This document shows positions 10,221-19,830 of a DNA stretch of 63,474 bases, one piece after another. Position 1 is the first letter of the stretch; every line of letters starts with the position of its first letter. This DNA is from Nanobdellota archaeon (GTDB lineage: Archaea; Nanobdellota; Nanobdellia; Pacearchaeales; GW2011-AR1): contig JBBSXB010000006.1 of assembly GCA_038046005.1 (NCBI GenBank), positions 1 to 63,474 of the forward strand. The letters are read 5' to 3'. The translations under genes were made by a program, and so were the position numbers. The notes below the pieces were generated by a model. That model saw only the letters and a list, made by a program, of their open reading frames with translations, was not told where the DNA came from and did not search any database.

Positions 10221-11071
10221 TGGAAATAAAAAAATTTCACCTCATTGGAATATTCTCTGCAGTGTTAGTATGTGCTCTCGCATTTGTTTTTAACACAGGG
10301 GATAATTTATTTTTCTTCATTGTTGGAATGGGGATATTGATAGGATTCACTCCTTTTGTCGTGACAATAATCAATGAATCTAGAGTTTCAAATGAGAAAG
10401 AAGAAATGTTTTTGGAATTTGCAAGAAACCTTGTTGAAAGCGTTAAAACGGGAACGCCCGTAAGCAAAAGTATTGTAAATATGAAGGGAAAGCCTTTTGG
10501 TGTTTTGAGCCAGCATGTAGACAAGTTGGCCAATCAAATATCTATTGGAATTCCCCTAAGCCAAGCTTTAGGAGTTTTTTCGGAGGATATAAGCAATAAA
10601 TCAATATCAAGAGTTTTAACGCTCATAGGCCAAGCTGAAAGAGCTGGAGGAGATATAGGGGAAATATTAGAGAATGTTGCTGGCGCCGTAAACATCTCAG
10701 ATAAGTTAAAAAAAGAAAGAAAAGCGACTATTTCAACTTTAGTTGTTCAAGGCTATATAATATTTTTAGTTTTTATGATAATTATTTTAGTGATGCAGTA
10801 CAAAATACTCCCTTTGCTTTCTGGAATTTCAGACGTGAGAAATCTGGGCAATGCTGGAATTGCGGGAATTGGAGCATCTTCTGTCGGGACAGAAGACATA
10901 TCAAATTCTTTTTTGTATTTACTTTTAATCCAGGGATTTTTCACAGGGATAACAATAGGAAAACTCTCAGAGGGCGGATTTAAAGCAGGAATAAAACACT
11001 CTTTTGCACTTGTTGTAGGATCTTTTTTAATGTCTACAGTGGCTGGATTAATCTTTGGGGGTTCAGCTTAA
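10220..11071 (+). CDS. Second TadC/PilC-like platform protein
   Basis: F...LVESVKTG, GIPL..AL, AERAGG, QGFFTGITIGKLSEG. Confidence 0.9.
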   Translation: MEIKKFHLIGIFSAVLVCALAFVFNTGDNLFFFIVGMGILIGFTPFVVTIINESRVSNEKEEMFLEFARNLVESVKTGTPVSKSIVNMKGKPFGVLSQHVDKLANQISIGIPLSQALGVFSEDISNKSISRVLTLIGQAERAGGDIGEILENVAGAVNISDKLKKERKATISTLVVQGYIIFLVFMIIILVMQYKILPLLSGISDVRNLGNAGIAGIGASSVGTEDISNSFLYLLLIQGFFTGITIGKLSEGGFKAGIKHSFALVVGSFLMSTVAGLIFGGSA

Positions 11072-11073
11072 AA

Positions 11074-11772
11074 ATGAAAAACAAAAAAGGGTCGCATGTT
11101 GGAATGATAGCTTCTTTCAGTATTTTTATTTTATTTCTGATTGCAATTTATTTTATTATACAGCCCACAGTAAAAAACCAAAAAGACAAGCAGCTTATTT
11201 TAGACTATTTAAAATTAAAAATTCAGGAACAGCTGTCTGCAAATTTAACAACTTTAGTCATAAGCAACTCAAGCACAAATCCGGCCTCATGCATTTTTTT
11301 TAACAAAAGCGATTCTGGGCTAAACAATGGAAATTTCTATGTAAAAGATAAAAACAGCAATACTCTTGAATTTGGAAATGGTGTTAATCCAGATTACTTG
11401 GATATAGAATGGAACGGTCAGCAAACGTTTGTGAAAATATTCTCTTCAGAGGAAAAGTTCAACGCGGGCTCTTTCAGTTGTGGGGCTACTGCCGGTGTTT
11501 CTAATTACACAGTAAAATCAATTGTAAAGGAAAAACAATTTTTCGAGACTAAAATCGCGAATGGAATAACAAATTTTTTAGATTTAAAGAATAATGTAAC
11601 CGTAACCCAAGGAAATGATTGGAATATGGATTTTGAGTACAGCAACGGAACAACAATAAGCACAGGCACAACGGATACTTTAAGAGAGGTTTATTCGGAA
11701 GAAATTCCCATAGTTTATGTTGACAAAAATGCAAGTTTGTTACCTGGAAAATTAAGAATTAAGGTTTGGTAA
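11074..11772 (+). CDS. Pilin-like protein
   Basis: KKG|SHVGMIASFSIFILFL class III-like signal; C-terminal beta strand ending in W. Confidence 0.7.
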   Translation: MKNKKGSHVGMIASFSIFILFLIAIYFIIQPTVKNQKDKQLILDYLKLKIQEQLSANLTTLVISNSSTNPASCIFFNKSDSGLNNGNFYVKDKNSNTLEFGNGVNPDYLDIEWNGQQTFVKIFSSEEKFNAGSFSCGATAGVSNYTVKSIVKEKQFFETKIANGITNFLDLKNNVTVTQGNDWNMDFEYSNGTTISTGTTDTLREVYSEEIPIVYVDKNASLLPGKLRIKVW

Positions 11773-11826
11773 AATGAAAGCAAATATAAAATTTTTATTC
11801 ATTCAAAACTGCAGGAGATTATTCAA

Positions 11827-12276
11827 ATGAGGACAAAATTGAAGTTTATGCCCAAGAATAAAAAAGGTTGGATTCAGGTAGTAGAGGCTTTTGTTGCTAT
11901 TCTTCTGATTATGGGAGTCTTGCTTGTAGTCTTGAATAAAAGATATGTGCAGAAAGACGATCCATCCACAAAAATTTATGAAACCGAAAGCGGCATCCTT
12001 AAAAGCATACAAATAGACGATACTCTGCGAAATTATGTGTTAAATCAGTCTTCCCTTCCCGTTAATTGGAGTAGCATCCCTTCAAGCATTAAAAATAAAA
12101 TACAATCGCAAAAGCCATCATATCTTAATTGCGAGGCTAAAATATGCGAGATTAATGATGAGTGCTTGAATCAGTTAGGCAGTGACCAAAGCATTTACGC
12201 CAAATCTGTTTTGATATCTGCAGAATCTTCTTTGTACAATCCAAGACAATTGAAGCTTTTTTGCTGGGAGAAATAG
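11827..12276 (+). CDS. Pilin-like protein
   Basis: KKG|WIQVVEAFVAILLI; C-terminal LKLFCW. Confidence 0.75.
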   Translation: MRTKLKFMPKNKKGWIQVVEAFVAILLIMGVLLVVLNKRYVQKDDPSTKIYETESGILKSIQIDDTLRNYVLNQSSLPVNWSSIPSSIKNKIQSQKPSYLNCEAKICEINDECLNQLGSDQSIYAKSVLISAESSLYNPRQLKLFCWEK

Positions 12277-12327
12277 ACTTTTGTCTTTGTGCAAAAAGTT
12301 TATAAATGTGATTTATCAATGAAATTT

Positions 12328-12639
12328 ATGACAAACTCTTCTTTAGAAGACCATGCAAAAATGTTCGTAAGAAAAGCTTTGGGGTTTATTTGGGAACGGC
12401 GTGTAATATCTTTAGACAAGATGGCAAAATATTTGCATGAAGCAGGACTCTCTCCTTCAGTTGAAAGTGGAAGGATGTTAGCACCATCACTGTCTGGAAG
12501 CTTTGTGCATTATGATGGTTTCAAATATCTCTACATTGCTAAAACAATTGATGATGGAGGAAATGAGGCATATAGAATTGCCATTACTGACGAAAGAAGA
12601 CGTACGATTGCAGATTGGTGTGCATATGGTGGAGACTAA
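12328..12639 (+). CDS. Hypothetical protein (ORFan)
   Basis: Open frame; TATA at 12299 favours ATG 12328 over the track start 12289. Confidence 0.55.
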   Translation: MTNSSLEDHAKMFVRKALGFIWERRVISLDKMAKYLHEAGLSPSVESGRMLAPSLSGSFVHYDGFKYLYIAKTIDDGGNEAYRIAITDERRRTIADWCAYGGD

Positions 12640-12721
12640 TAATCTATCATCCTGAGTAATGTTAATAAGTTAAAGTTTTCTTAATAATATAACTTATAAA
12701 CTTTAAAGTTTTTTCTTTATA

Positions 12722-13132
12722 ATGAAATACAAATTCCTTCCGCACACAGCAGACATAAAGTTCCAGGCTTTTGGTAAAACAATTGAAGAAGCATTTGAAA
12801 ATTCAGCCTTAGCAATGCTTTCAGATATTTATAATAAAAAAATAAAAGAGACAAAGAAGATAAAAATAAAAGTCAAGGGGCAGGATTTTGAAAGTCTTTT
12901 ATACAATTTTCTCGAGGAATTTTTGTTTTTGCTAGACTCAAAAAGATTTTTAGTATCTAAGGTAAAAAAAATAAAGATTGACAAAAAAAACTTTAAGTTA
13001 GAAGCTGAAATTTCTGGTGACGACGCAAAAAATTATGGCTTTACAAATACTGTGAAAGCAATAACCTACAATAGTATGTTTATAAAAAATAAAAATAAGA
13101 AATGGGTCACACAGGTTGTTTTAGATGTTTAA
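12722..13132 (+). CDS. Archease (RtcB cofactor)
   Basis: YKFLPHTADI, EEAFENSA, VKAITY, VVLDV C-terminus. Confidence 0.95.
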   Translation: MKYKFLPHTADIKFQAFGKTIEEAFENSALAMLSDIYNKKIKETKKIKIKVKGQDFESLLYNFLEEFLFLLDSKRFLVSKVKKIKIDKKNFKLEAEISGDDAKNYGFTNTVKAITYNSMFIKNKNKKWVTQVVLDV

Positions 13133-13198
13133 AACCTGAAAATAGTAATTCTAAAAGTTTTTAGATAGATTTTTAAAACAAAAGATATAGAGCAAAGC

Positions 13199-13711
13199 AT
13201 GATTAATGAACAATTTAAGGATGCTATAAAGGTTGTTTATGAGAGATTGGACAATAACACCATAGGATGGGCTTTAATTGGAAGTACAAATCTTGCATTA
13301 CAGGGGATGGATTTGTCTCCAAAAGATTTAGATCTAGTTATGAAATTAGATAGTTTGGTGTATATGCCCATGTTATTTAGTGATTATTCCACTTCCCGTA
13401 TAGAAGAATTGAAACCAGATAATAGCGATCCTGCATGGACAGCAAAATTACAAAGACATCCCGCTTTTAATGTACATTTTAATATTGGAAGAGTGCCAGT
13501 ACAAATTCTGGGAGAGTATGATGATGGAGATTACGTAAGCAAACTCATAAACAGATCATTGTGCTATACAAAAATTGGCGGTCTTAAGATACCAAGTTTT
13601 ACTCTTGAAACAGAAGCCGATATATATGCTGAAACTTACCGCTATGAAAAAGCGGAAAGAATAAGGTGTTTCTTAGCACAGAGAACAATAGAAAATAAAT
13701 TTAAAATCTAA
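13199..13711 (+). CDS. Nucleotidyltransferase-superfamily protein
   Basis: WALIGS..LALQG...PKDLDL (GS...DxD). Confidence 0.7.
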   Translation: MINEQFKDAIKVVYERLDNNTIGWALIGSTNLALQGMDLSPKDLDLVMKLDSLVYMPMLFSDYSTSRIEELKPDNSDPAWTAKLQRHPAFNVHFNIGRVPVQILGEYDDGDYVSKLINRSLCYTKIGGLKIPSFTLETEADIYAETYRYEKAERIRCFLAQRTIENKFKI

Positions 13712-14525
13712 TTCTCCCGTCCTGAAAATCTCTTATAATTAATCTTGAAGTCCTGTCAATATCTATCTCTTTTCCTTTAAGGAAAAAATTCTTTTTTGAC
13801 CCTAACTCTACAATAAGAATTTCAGAATTTCCATCTGCCTCTATACCATAATATTCCTCCAAAAGTCCAGGATACTGAATCATCAAAGAATGAACAATCA
13901 TCTCTGGCTCTTTCAGCCTATCCCATCTTACGACATTTATCTTAGTATGTTTTAGCAAATCGGTTTTTTTTATTTTTGAATCTTCAGTAGAAGGAATTAC
14001 TCCAGGAGTATCAATGAGATAGACATTTTTCCCAATTTTTATTTTTTGGACACCTTTGGTAAAGCCAGATTCAGAAGCCACTCTTGCAACAGATTTTCCA
14101 CGAAGTAAATTTATGACTGAAGACTTTCCAGTGTTAGGATAGCCTATTACTCCAACATAAATTCTCTCTTTATCAATTTTTCCAGATTCTATTTTTATTC
14201 TTTCTCTTAAATCAAATGAACCTTTTCTGTTAACACAAGAAAGAAAAACATATGGATAAAGAACATCTTCTCCCATTTCCACTATTATTTTTTTATGGTC
14301 TGCTAAATCTGACTTGTTGAAGACATAAATTATTTTTTTGTCTTTCTTTTTTATTTCTTTCTCCAATTCAAGATTTCTTGTCTCTTTCCAGAATCTTGCG
14401 TCAAGAACTTCTACAATTATGTCTGATCCTGAAATTACCTCGCTGGCTATTTCCGGGAAACTTTTCCTATGTTGATTATGGCTTTCCTGAGGCCTTTTGT
14501 TCTTAGGTTGTGTGCTTTTTTGCAT
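13701..14525 (-). CDS. Circularly permuted ribosome-biogenesis GTPase (YlqF/RbgA family)
   Basis: VLDAR, NKSD, GYPNTGKSS, GFTKG, DTPG in G4-G1-G3 order. Confidence 0.92.
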   Translation of the reverse strand: MQKSTQPKNKRPQESHNQHRKSFPEIASEVISGSDIIVEVLDARFWKETRNLELEKEIKKKDKKIIYVFNKSDLADHKKIIVEMGEDVLYPYVFLSCVNRKGSFDLRERIKIESGKIDKERIYVGVIGYPNTGKSSVINLLRGKSVARVASESGFTKGVQKIKIGKNVYLIDTPGVIPSTEDSKIKKTDLLKHTKINVVRWDRLKEPEMIVHSLMIQYPGLLEEYYGIEADGNSEILIVELGSKKNFFLKGKEIDIDRTSRLIIRDFQDGRIRF

Positions 14526-14596
14526 ACATTTTTAGAGATTTAGGGTTTAAAAAGTAGAGTGGTTTTGGTTGTCGAGACAGAAGAAGAGATAAAAAA

Positions 14597-15409
14597 TTAA
14601 TCAAACCAAGTTGGTATTAATCCCTTAGGCAAATTACTTATAATGTTTACTATCTTTTCAACAATTTTTTCTAAGGTAGTTGTCCGGTTTTCAAGCCCAT
14701 CAACCTTGTTTTCTAAATCAGTTACTTTTCCTTCCAAAACAGCTACCCTATCTTCAAGAGATGGTTGTGGTTCTGGAGGTGTTATCGTTGTAACACTTCC
14801 ACCAATACTCAAAGTGTCATTAATACCCCCATTATTAGGTGCAGTTTTATATATTGACCACACCCCATTTAAATTATTGGCATTATACCCAAACAATCTA
14901 ATATAAAGTGTTTCTCCATTATTAACACTGATATTTAATCCATTTATATCACCAATATGCCCTTGGTCGTCTAAAGGGACATTTACCATCGCTATCGTTG
15001 TTGGAGATGAAAAATCAGCAAATTTTGACCATTGGACATCATAATTTTTAATTCCGTTATTGTTTCTACTTTGTCCAAAATTTATAGAATTTATATTTAA
15101 ATTAAACCCGGTCTTAGGAGATACAGAAATTTGGTAGTAAGAATTTGAGTCTAGTGCGCCTGTTGGCCAATTTGTTGCAGAAGCTCCAGCGCTTGTAATG
15201 GCAAAATTTCCTATAATAACACCTTCTCCCACATTGCCATTAATTTCCGAACCTGCTATAAAGTCTCCAGCATTAACATTGGAATTTATATTTGATGCAC
15301 TACCATTCAAGGTCAATGGCCATTGAGATAAGGTTGTAGCACTAACAATTCCTAGGAATAAAATAGATATAACTATCAAGCCAATTTTCATTTTTTTAAC
15401 TAGCATCAA
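14597..15409 (-). CDS. Secreted beta-rich protein with C-terminal coiled coil
   Basis: Signal peptide; N/G/S-rich body; heptad repeats LEDRVAVLEGKVTDLENKVDGLENR. Confidence 0.7.
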   Translation of the reverse strand: MMLVKKMKIGLIVISILFLGIVSATTLSQWPLTLNGSASNINSNVNAGDFIAGSEINGNVGEGVIIGNFAITSAGASATNWPTGALDSNSYYQISVSPKTGFNLNINSINFGQSRNNNGIKNYDVQWSKFADFSSPTTIAMVNVPLDDQGHIGDINGLNISVNNGETLYIRLFGYNANNLNGVWSIYKTAPNNGGINDTLSIGGSVTTITPPEPQPSLEDRVAVLEGKVTDLENKVDGLENRTTTLEKIVEKIVNIISNLPKGLIPTWFD

Positions 15410-15475
15410 AACTATTTAAGTATTTATGTAGTTCAAAACATCAAAATTATTAAACTCAAAAAAGTATGAATTTAC

Positions 15476-15691
15476 ATGAAAATAATAATTAAGATAAAAT
15501 TTGATGCGGGGAAGCAAAAAATAGAGAGTTTTGGAAATAATAGATATCTTGTCTATTTGACTTCAAAAAAAGAGGACCCTTCATCGATGGATGAGTTTGT
15601 CAACATGATGTCAAAATACATGACTGTTCCTCCAAATAGGGTTCATTTCAAAGGCAAGGAAGGAGAATCTTTTGTTTTTGAGATTGATTGA
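15476..15691 (+). CDS. DUF167/YggU-like small protein
   Basis: IKIKF.A.KQKIE....YLVYL...SKY..VP...V.FKG pattern. Confidence 0.55.
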   Translation: MKIIIKIKFDAGKQKIESFGNNRYLVYLTSKKEDPSSMDEFVNMMSKYMTVPPNRVHFKGKEGESFVFEID

Positions 15692-15742
15692 ATTATAGAT
15701 AAGATTTATAACATTTCTAGAGTTTGAAATTGCACACTAAAA

Positions 15743-15883
15743 GCCCCCATAGTTCAATGGATAGAACGCGACCTTGCGGTTGTGGGAAAACCCCGGTTTT
15801 CCTAACACTACCTTTCCTAAGTTTGCAATGGATGTAGAAAAAGTAAAAAGGTTGTAATCGAGGTTCAATTCCTCGTGGGGGCA
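15743..15883 (+). tRNA. tRNA-Arg(GCG) with 69-nt intron (15780-15848) at position 37/38
   Basis: Acceptor GCCCCCA/TGGGGGC; D arm GTTC/GAAC; anticodon stem CGACC/GGTTG with loop TT-GCG-G^A; T arm CGAGG-TTCAATT-CCTCG; central splice helix TTGC/GTAA; CCA not encoded. Confidence 0.92.
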
Positions 15884-15923
15884 TAGACATTTAATTTAAA
15901 AATATCATACTCATTAAATTAAT

Positions 15924-16223
15924 ATGAGAATAAAACCGAAAACAAAATTAGGTATATGGTCTGCATGGCTAAACATTTTTTTCTTAATCGTAATTGCTAT
16001 TTCTATTATTTTAGTCAGGGTACTTGGAATACTTTCTTTTGACGATCACTGGTGGGATGTAACTGTGCCTGTTGCATTCCTCATTGAAATGATTGCTTTA
16101 TATACTGGAATAAAAGCTGTAAGAAAAAATAAAGATAAATCAGTACTTGTGTATTTGTCTATAATAATAGGTTTACTTACAATTCTTTTTATTCTTCTGC
16201 ATAGCTTGTTTATTAGTGATTAA
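15924..16223 (+). CDS. Small 3-TM membrane protein
   Basis: Three hydrophobic segments; own TATA. Confidence 0.7.
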   Translation: MRIKPKTKLGIWSAWLNIFFLIVIAISIILVRVLGILSFDDHWWDVTVPVAFLIEMIALYTGIKAVRKNKDKSVLVYLSIIIGLLTILFILLHSLFISD

Positions 16224-16291
16224 TTAATAGTAGAAGTATGTTAGAAAACTTTCACAAGAATATATTTAATATCTCTTTTTCTTATTAAGAC

Positions 16292-17416
16292 ATGGTAAAT
16301 TGGCCTCTTTTAAAAATAGGGCATTTAGAAGTAAATCTTATCCAAGGTGGAATGGGGGTAGGTATTTCTGGTGAAAACTTAGCTTCAACGATTGCTGAAA
16401 ATGGTGGGGCAGGAATTATTGCTAGCGTTGGCCTTGGACTCTTAAAAGGATATTTTGATAATGAATTTGAAGCTGCAAAAAAGAGAGGAGATTTTAATGG
16501 ATTAACAGGAGTTGAAAAAAGAGAATTACAGAATAAAATTTATGCAAACACTAATAGTGATGCTCTTGCCGATGAGATCAGAAAAGCAAGAAGAAAAACA
16601 AACGGTGTTATTGGAGTCAATATAATGTATGCCTTAACAGATTATCCCAGCCTTGTTAAAACTTCAGTTAAAGAAAATGTTGACTTAATCATATGTGGGG
16701 CAGGAATTGTTAGAGATCTTCCCAAGCATCTTGAATGGAAAAAAACAATGATAGCTCAAATTGTTTCGAGTGCAAGAGCTGCAGACATTATTGTTAAATC
16801 CTGGACTCAATTAGGGCATCCTCCTGATGCAATAGTTGTAGAGGGCCCTAAGGCAGGAGGTCATTTGGGATATAGTTTAGAACAGTTAGAAGATTCTGAG
16901 TTTGTGTCACATGGATTGGAGAGTATTATTTCAGAGGTTATTAATTTAGTTGGCTCGAAGATTCCCGTAATTGCTGCAGGAGGAATTTATACTGGAAAAG
17001 ATATTTATGACATTCTTAAGTATGGAGCGGCAGGAGTTCAAATGGCCACAAGATTTGTGACAACAAAAGAATGTGATGCTGATCCAAAATTTAAACAAGC
17101 TTATATTGATTCTAAAAAAGAAGACATTGTTATAATTACAAGCCCCGTTGGAATGCCTGGAAGAGCGATAAAAAATAAATTTTTAGAGGCTGTGGCAACC
17201 CAAAGAGTCCCGTTCCAGTGTTATTATGATTGTTTGAAAAGCTGTAATCCGTTTTCCTCCCCCTATTGCATTGCAGATGCCTTAATAAACGCACAAAAAG
17301 GAAATATAGAAGAAGGTTTTGCATTTGCAGGAACAAATGCTTATAGGGCAGATAAAATAGTAAGTGTACGAGATGTTTTTGATTTATTAGAAAGAGAGTT
17401 TTCTAATGCTTCGTAA
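16292..17416 (+). CDS. Nitronate monooxygenase/FabK-like FMN enzyme
   Basis: LIQGGMGVGIS, VVEGPKAGGHLG, AAGGI, VQMATRF, SPVGMPGRA. Confidence 0.9.
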   Translation: MVNWPLLKIGHLEVNLIQGGMGVGISGENLASTIAENGGAGIIASVGLGLLKGYFDNEFEAAKKRGDFNGLTGVEKRELQNKIYANTNSDALADEIRKARRKTNGVIGVNIMYALTDYPSLVKTSVKENVDLIICGAGIVRDLPKHLEWKKTMIAQIVSSARAADIIVKSWTQLGHPPDAIVVEGPKAGGHLGYSLEQLEDSEFVSHGLESIISEVINLVGSKIPVIAAGGIYTGKDIYDILKYGAAGVQMATRFVTTKECDADPKFKQAYIDSKKEDIVIITSPVGMPGRAIKNKFLEAVATQRVPFQCYYDCLKSCNPFSSPYCIADALINAQKGNIEEGFAFAGTNAYRADKIVSVRDVFDLLEREFSNAS

Positions 17417-17529
17417 TATATCTTTTTAGAATAACCCCTTTTAGAACTCGTTGGGACGCTTACCTAACAAAAAAGAAAGTTTTATAAGTGGTTTTATCTT
17501 TAGGAAATAATACCGAAAAGAAGGTTGAA

Positions 17530-19830
17530 ATGAAGAAGAAAATTGTTATAACGAGTATTTTTCTTACATTGGTGTTTTCTATAATTGTTTTTATTGCTGC
17601 TCAGAATGAAAGTTCTCCTGATTCTATAGAACAGGCTTCTAACCCTGTTTCCGAAATCCCTTTAGACCCTGCAGAAACTTCTTCTGCAACAAATCCGGAA
17701 GTCACACCAACCACAACAGAACCTTCTTCAAACAATGTTAATGGTGATTTAAAAAATGAAGCAGAATTTAATGTTGACTCCGGAATGACTCCAGATAACC
17801 CATTTTATTTTATCAAAGACACTTATCAAAGGATTGCAGTTGGAGATAATCCTGAAAAAGCACTAGATTATAGGGAACAAAAAATTGCTGAAGCAAAAGC
17901 GATGGTTGAAAAAGGAAAACCGGAACAAGCACAAAAAGTTTTGGGTAGGGCAATCCAATATGGGGACATTGTTGAAAAAGAAGTATCTCCTGACATAAAA
18001 AATAGAGTTGAAGAAAGCTCGCAACAGATTAATTCAGTTTTAGGAGATTTAAAAGAAAAAGCTTCTGATGAAGGTTGGACTAATGTAGAAGAAAAATTTG
18101 ATGAGAACATAGAACAAGAAAAAAGAATTGGGGTTGCTTCTGAACTTGTGTCTAAAATAAGTGAGTTATGCAATGCTCTTGCGCAACTAGATCCTTTGCA
18201 ATATCAAGATACTTGCAGAGCAAAGGGAAATTCTCCCCAATGGATGAAAGAGCGAGATAAAGAATTAACAACAGAACAGCAAGCACAAGCAAAGATATTC
18301 TTTGATAAATTATCTCAGTGTTTTGAAAGCCCAGAAGATTGTGATTGCAAAGGGATGGGTATTCAGAAGTTTGAAGATTTTTGTTTGGAAAAAAGTGCAA
18401 TTGCCATAAAATGCAATGCTGGAGATGAAAATGCATGCAAAGAATTTAGTTCCGGAGTTAATCCTACTGAATTGCTTCCTGATTATTTGATATCTACTTT
18501 TAAGAAAGTTGAGAGTAAGTATACAAAATCTGAAATGAATATGTACATGCCTCCTGAATGTGAAAAAAAAGGAGCAACAACCCCTGAAGAATGCGGCAAG
18601 ATTATGTTTAGTTTAAATGCTCCTCAAGAATGCATTGATGCTGGATTAACGGGAAAATCAAGTGAGGATGAAATTAAATGCAACGAGATAATGTTTAAAT
18701 CCAATCCTCCTCAAGAATGCATTGATGCTGGAATTAGCCTTTCTAATACAGATGGTGCAAGAAAATGTGCTAAAATTATGTTTAGTATTAATTCTCCTCA
18801 AGAATGCATTGATGCTGGAATAACTGGAGAAAGCAGAGGTGATGGGAGAAAATGCAGACAGATGACTAGTCAAGAAGGACAAATGCAAGACACTCAAAAA
18901 TATGCTCCTAAATTTAATAGAGATTGCAAGGCAATACAAGATGCTAATGAAAAAATGAAATGTTTTGAAGAATTTTATAATAATGCACAGATGAATTTTA
19001 GAGAAGATTTTGCTCAGAAAGGAACAATAGACCAAAACACTGGAGGAAAAATTACTCCTGAAGAAGAAAAAGCAAGACAAGAATGCAAAAGTAAAGGAAT
19101 GAATACAATTTTAGAATATGAAAATAGGAAAAGGGTGATAATTTGTGTTAATGAAGGTGAGGCTAATCAAATAGGACAAAGGTGTCAGTCTCAACAACAA
19201 ATTGAAAATTTAAAACAAGACTGCAAAAATAGAGGGCAAAGCGCTAATGTTGAAAATAGAGGAGGATGTCCTTGGGTTATTTGTGTTGGTGGAGATTATA
19301 GGGGGGAGATTAATGGGCAAACTATTCAAAGAGAGGTAAGACAAGGCGCATCTGGAGAAGGAAGTATTGGAATAAAATGTCCTGACAACATCTGTGATTC
19401 ATATGAAAGAATGAATCCGTGGGCTTGCCCTGAAGATTGTGGAGGAACAAGACAACCAGGAAATTATCAACCACCTCAAAATTCTCAGCAGCCTGAAAAT
19501 AGAATTGACCAGCCGCAACAACCAAACCAAAATCAAGAGAATTTTTGTTCGGGACAAGCTCCAAGTTGTGCACCTAATGGTGCCCCTTTTTGTCAAAATG
19601 GAAATTGGGTATGTCCTTCAGCACCACCGCAAGAACCAAATCAACAACAAGAGCAACAACCTATCCAATCAATACAAGAACCAGAACAAGCACCTGCACC
19701 AAGTCCTACTCCCGAACCTGCCTCTGAACCATCGCCAGCCCCTGTAACTGGAGGAGTAATAACTGACAGAGTCATCGCTAGTGAATATGGGGATGAAGCT
19801 AGATTTTTAGATTATTGGTTTGGGAAATAA
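17530..19830 (+). CDS. Exported Cys-rich protein with DUF5667-like N-terminal domain
   Basis: Signal/TM helix; GMTPDNPFYFIK...EKALDY..QKIAE; many Cys; Q/P-rich tail; start set at ATG 17530. Confidence 0.75.
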   Translation: MKKKIVITSIFLTLVFSIIVFIAAQNESSPDSIEQASNPVSEIPLDPAETSSATNPEVTPTTTEPSSNNVNGDLKNEAEFNVDSGMTPDNPFYFIKDTYQRIAVGDNPEKALDYREQKIAEAKAMVEKGKPEQAQKVLGRAIQYGDIVEKEVSPDIKNRVEESSQQINSVLGDLKEKASDEGWTNVEEKFDENIEQEKRIGVASELVSKISELCNALAQLDPLQYQDTCRAKGNSPQWMKERDKELTTEQQAQAKIFFDKLSQCFESPEDCDCKGMGIQKFEDFCLEKSAIAIKCNAGDENACKEFSSGVNPTELLPDYLISTFKKVESKYTKSEMNMYMPPECEKKGATTPEECGKIMFSLNAPQECIDAGLTGKSSEDEIKCNEIMFKSNPPQECIDAGISLSNTDGARKCAKIMFSINSPQECIDAGITGESRGDGRKCRQMTSQEGQMQDTQKYAPKFNRDCKAIQDANEKMKCFEEFYNNAQMNFREDFAQKGTIDQNTGGKITPEEEKARQECKSKGMNTILEYENRKRVIICVNEGEANQIGQRCQSQQQIENLKQDCKNRGQSANVENRGGCPWVICVGGDYRGEINGQTIQREVRQGASGEGSIGIKCPDNICDSYERMNPWACPEDCGGTRQPGNYQPPQNSQQPENRIDQPQQPNQNQENFCSGQAPSCAPNGAPFCQNGNWVCPSAPPQEPNQQQEQQPIQSIQEPEQAPAPSPTPEPASEPSPAPVTGGVITDRVIASEYGDEARFLDYWFGK
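18601..18830 (+). repeat. Intragenic tandem repeat, 87-bp (29-aa) period, three copies
   Basis: Identical core CTCCTCAAGAATGCATTGATGCTGGA at 18620, 18707, 18794. Confidence 0.9.

Noticed and set aside
7108-11071. Archaellum (flaI/flaJ) call
   Set aside because: No flaH/F/G or archaellin-like genes; two TadC-like genes and short pilins indicate a pilus
18601-18830. Regularly spaced identical 26-bp cores resembling a CRISPR array
   Set aside because: In-frame coding repeats with mutually similar 'spacers'; no cas genes in the window
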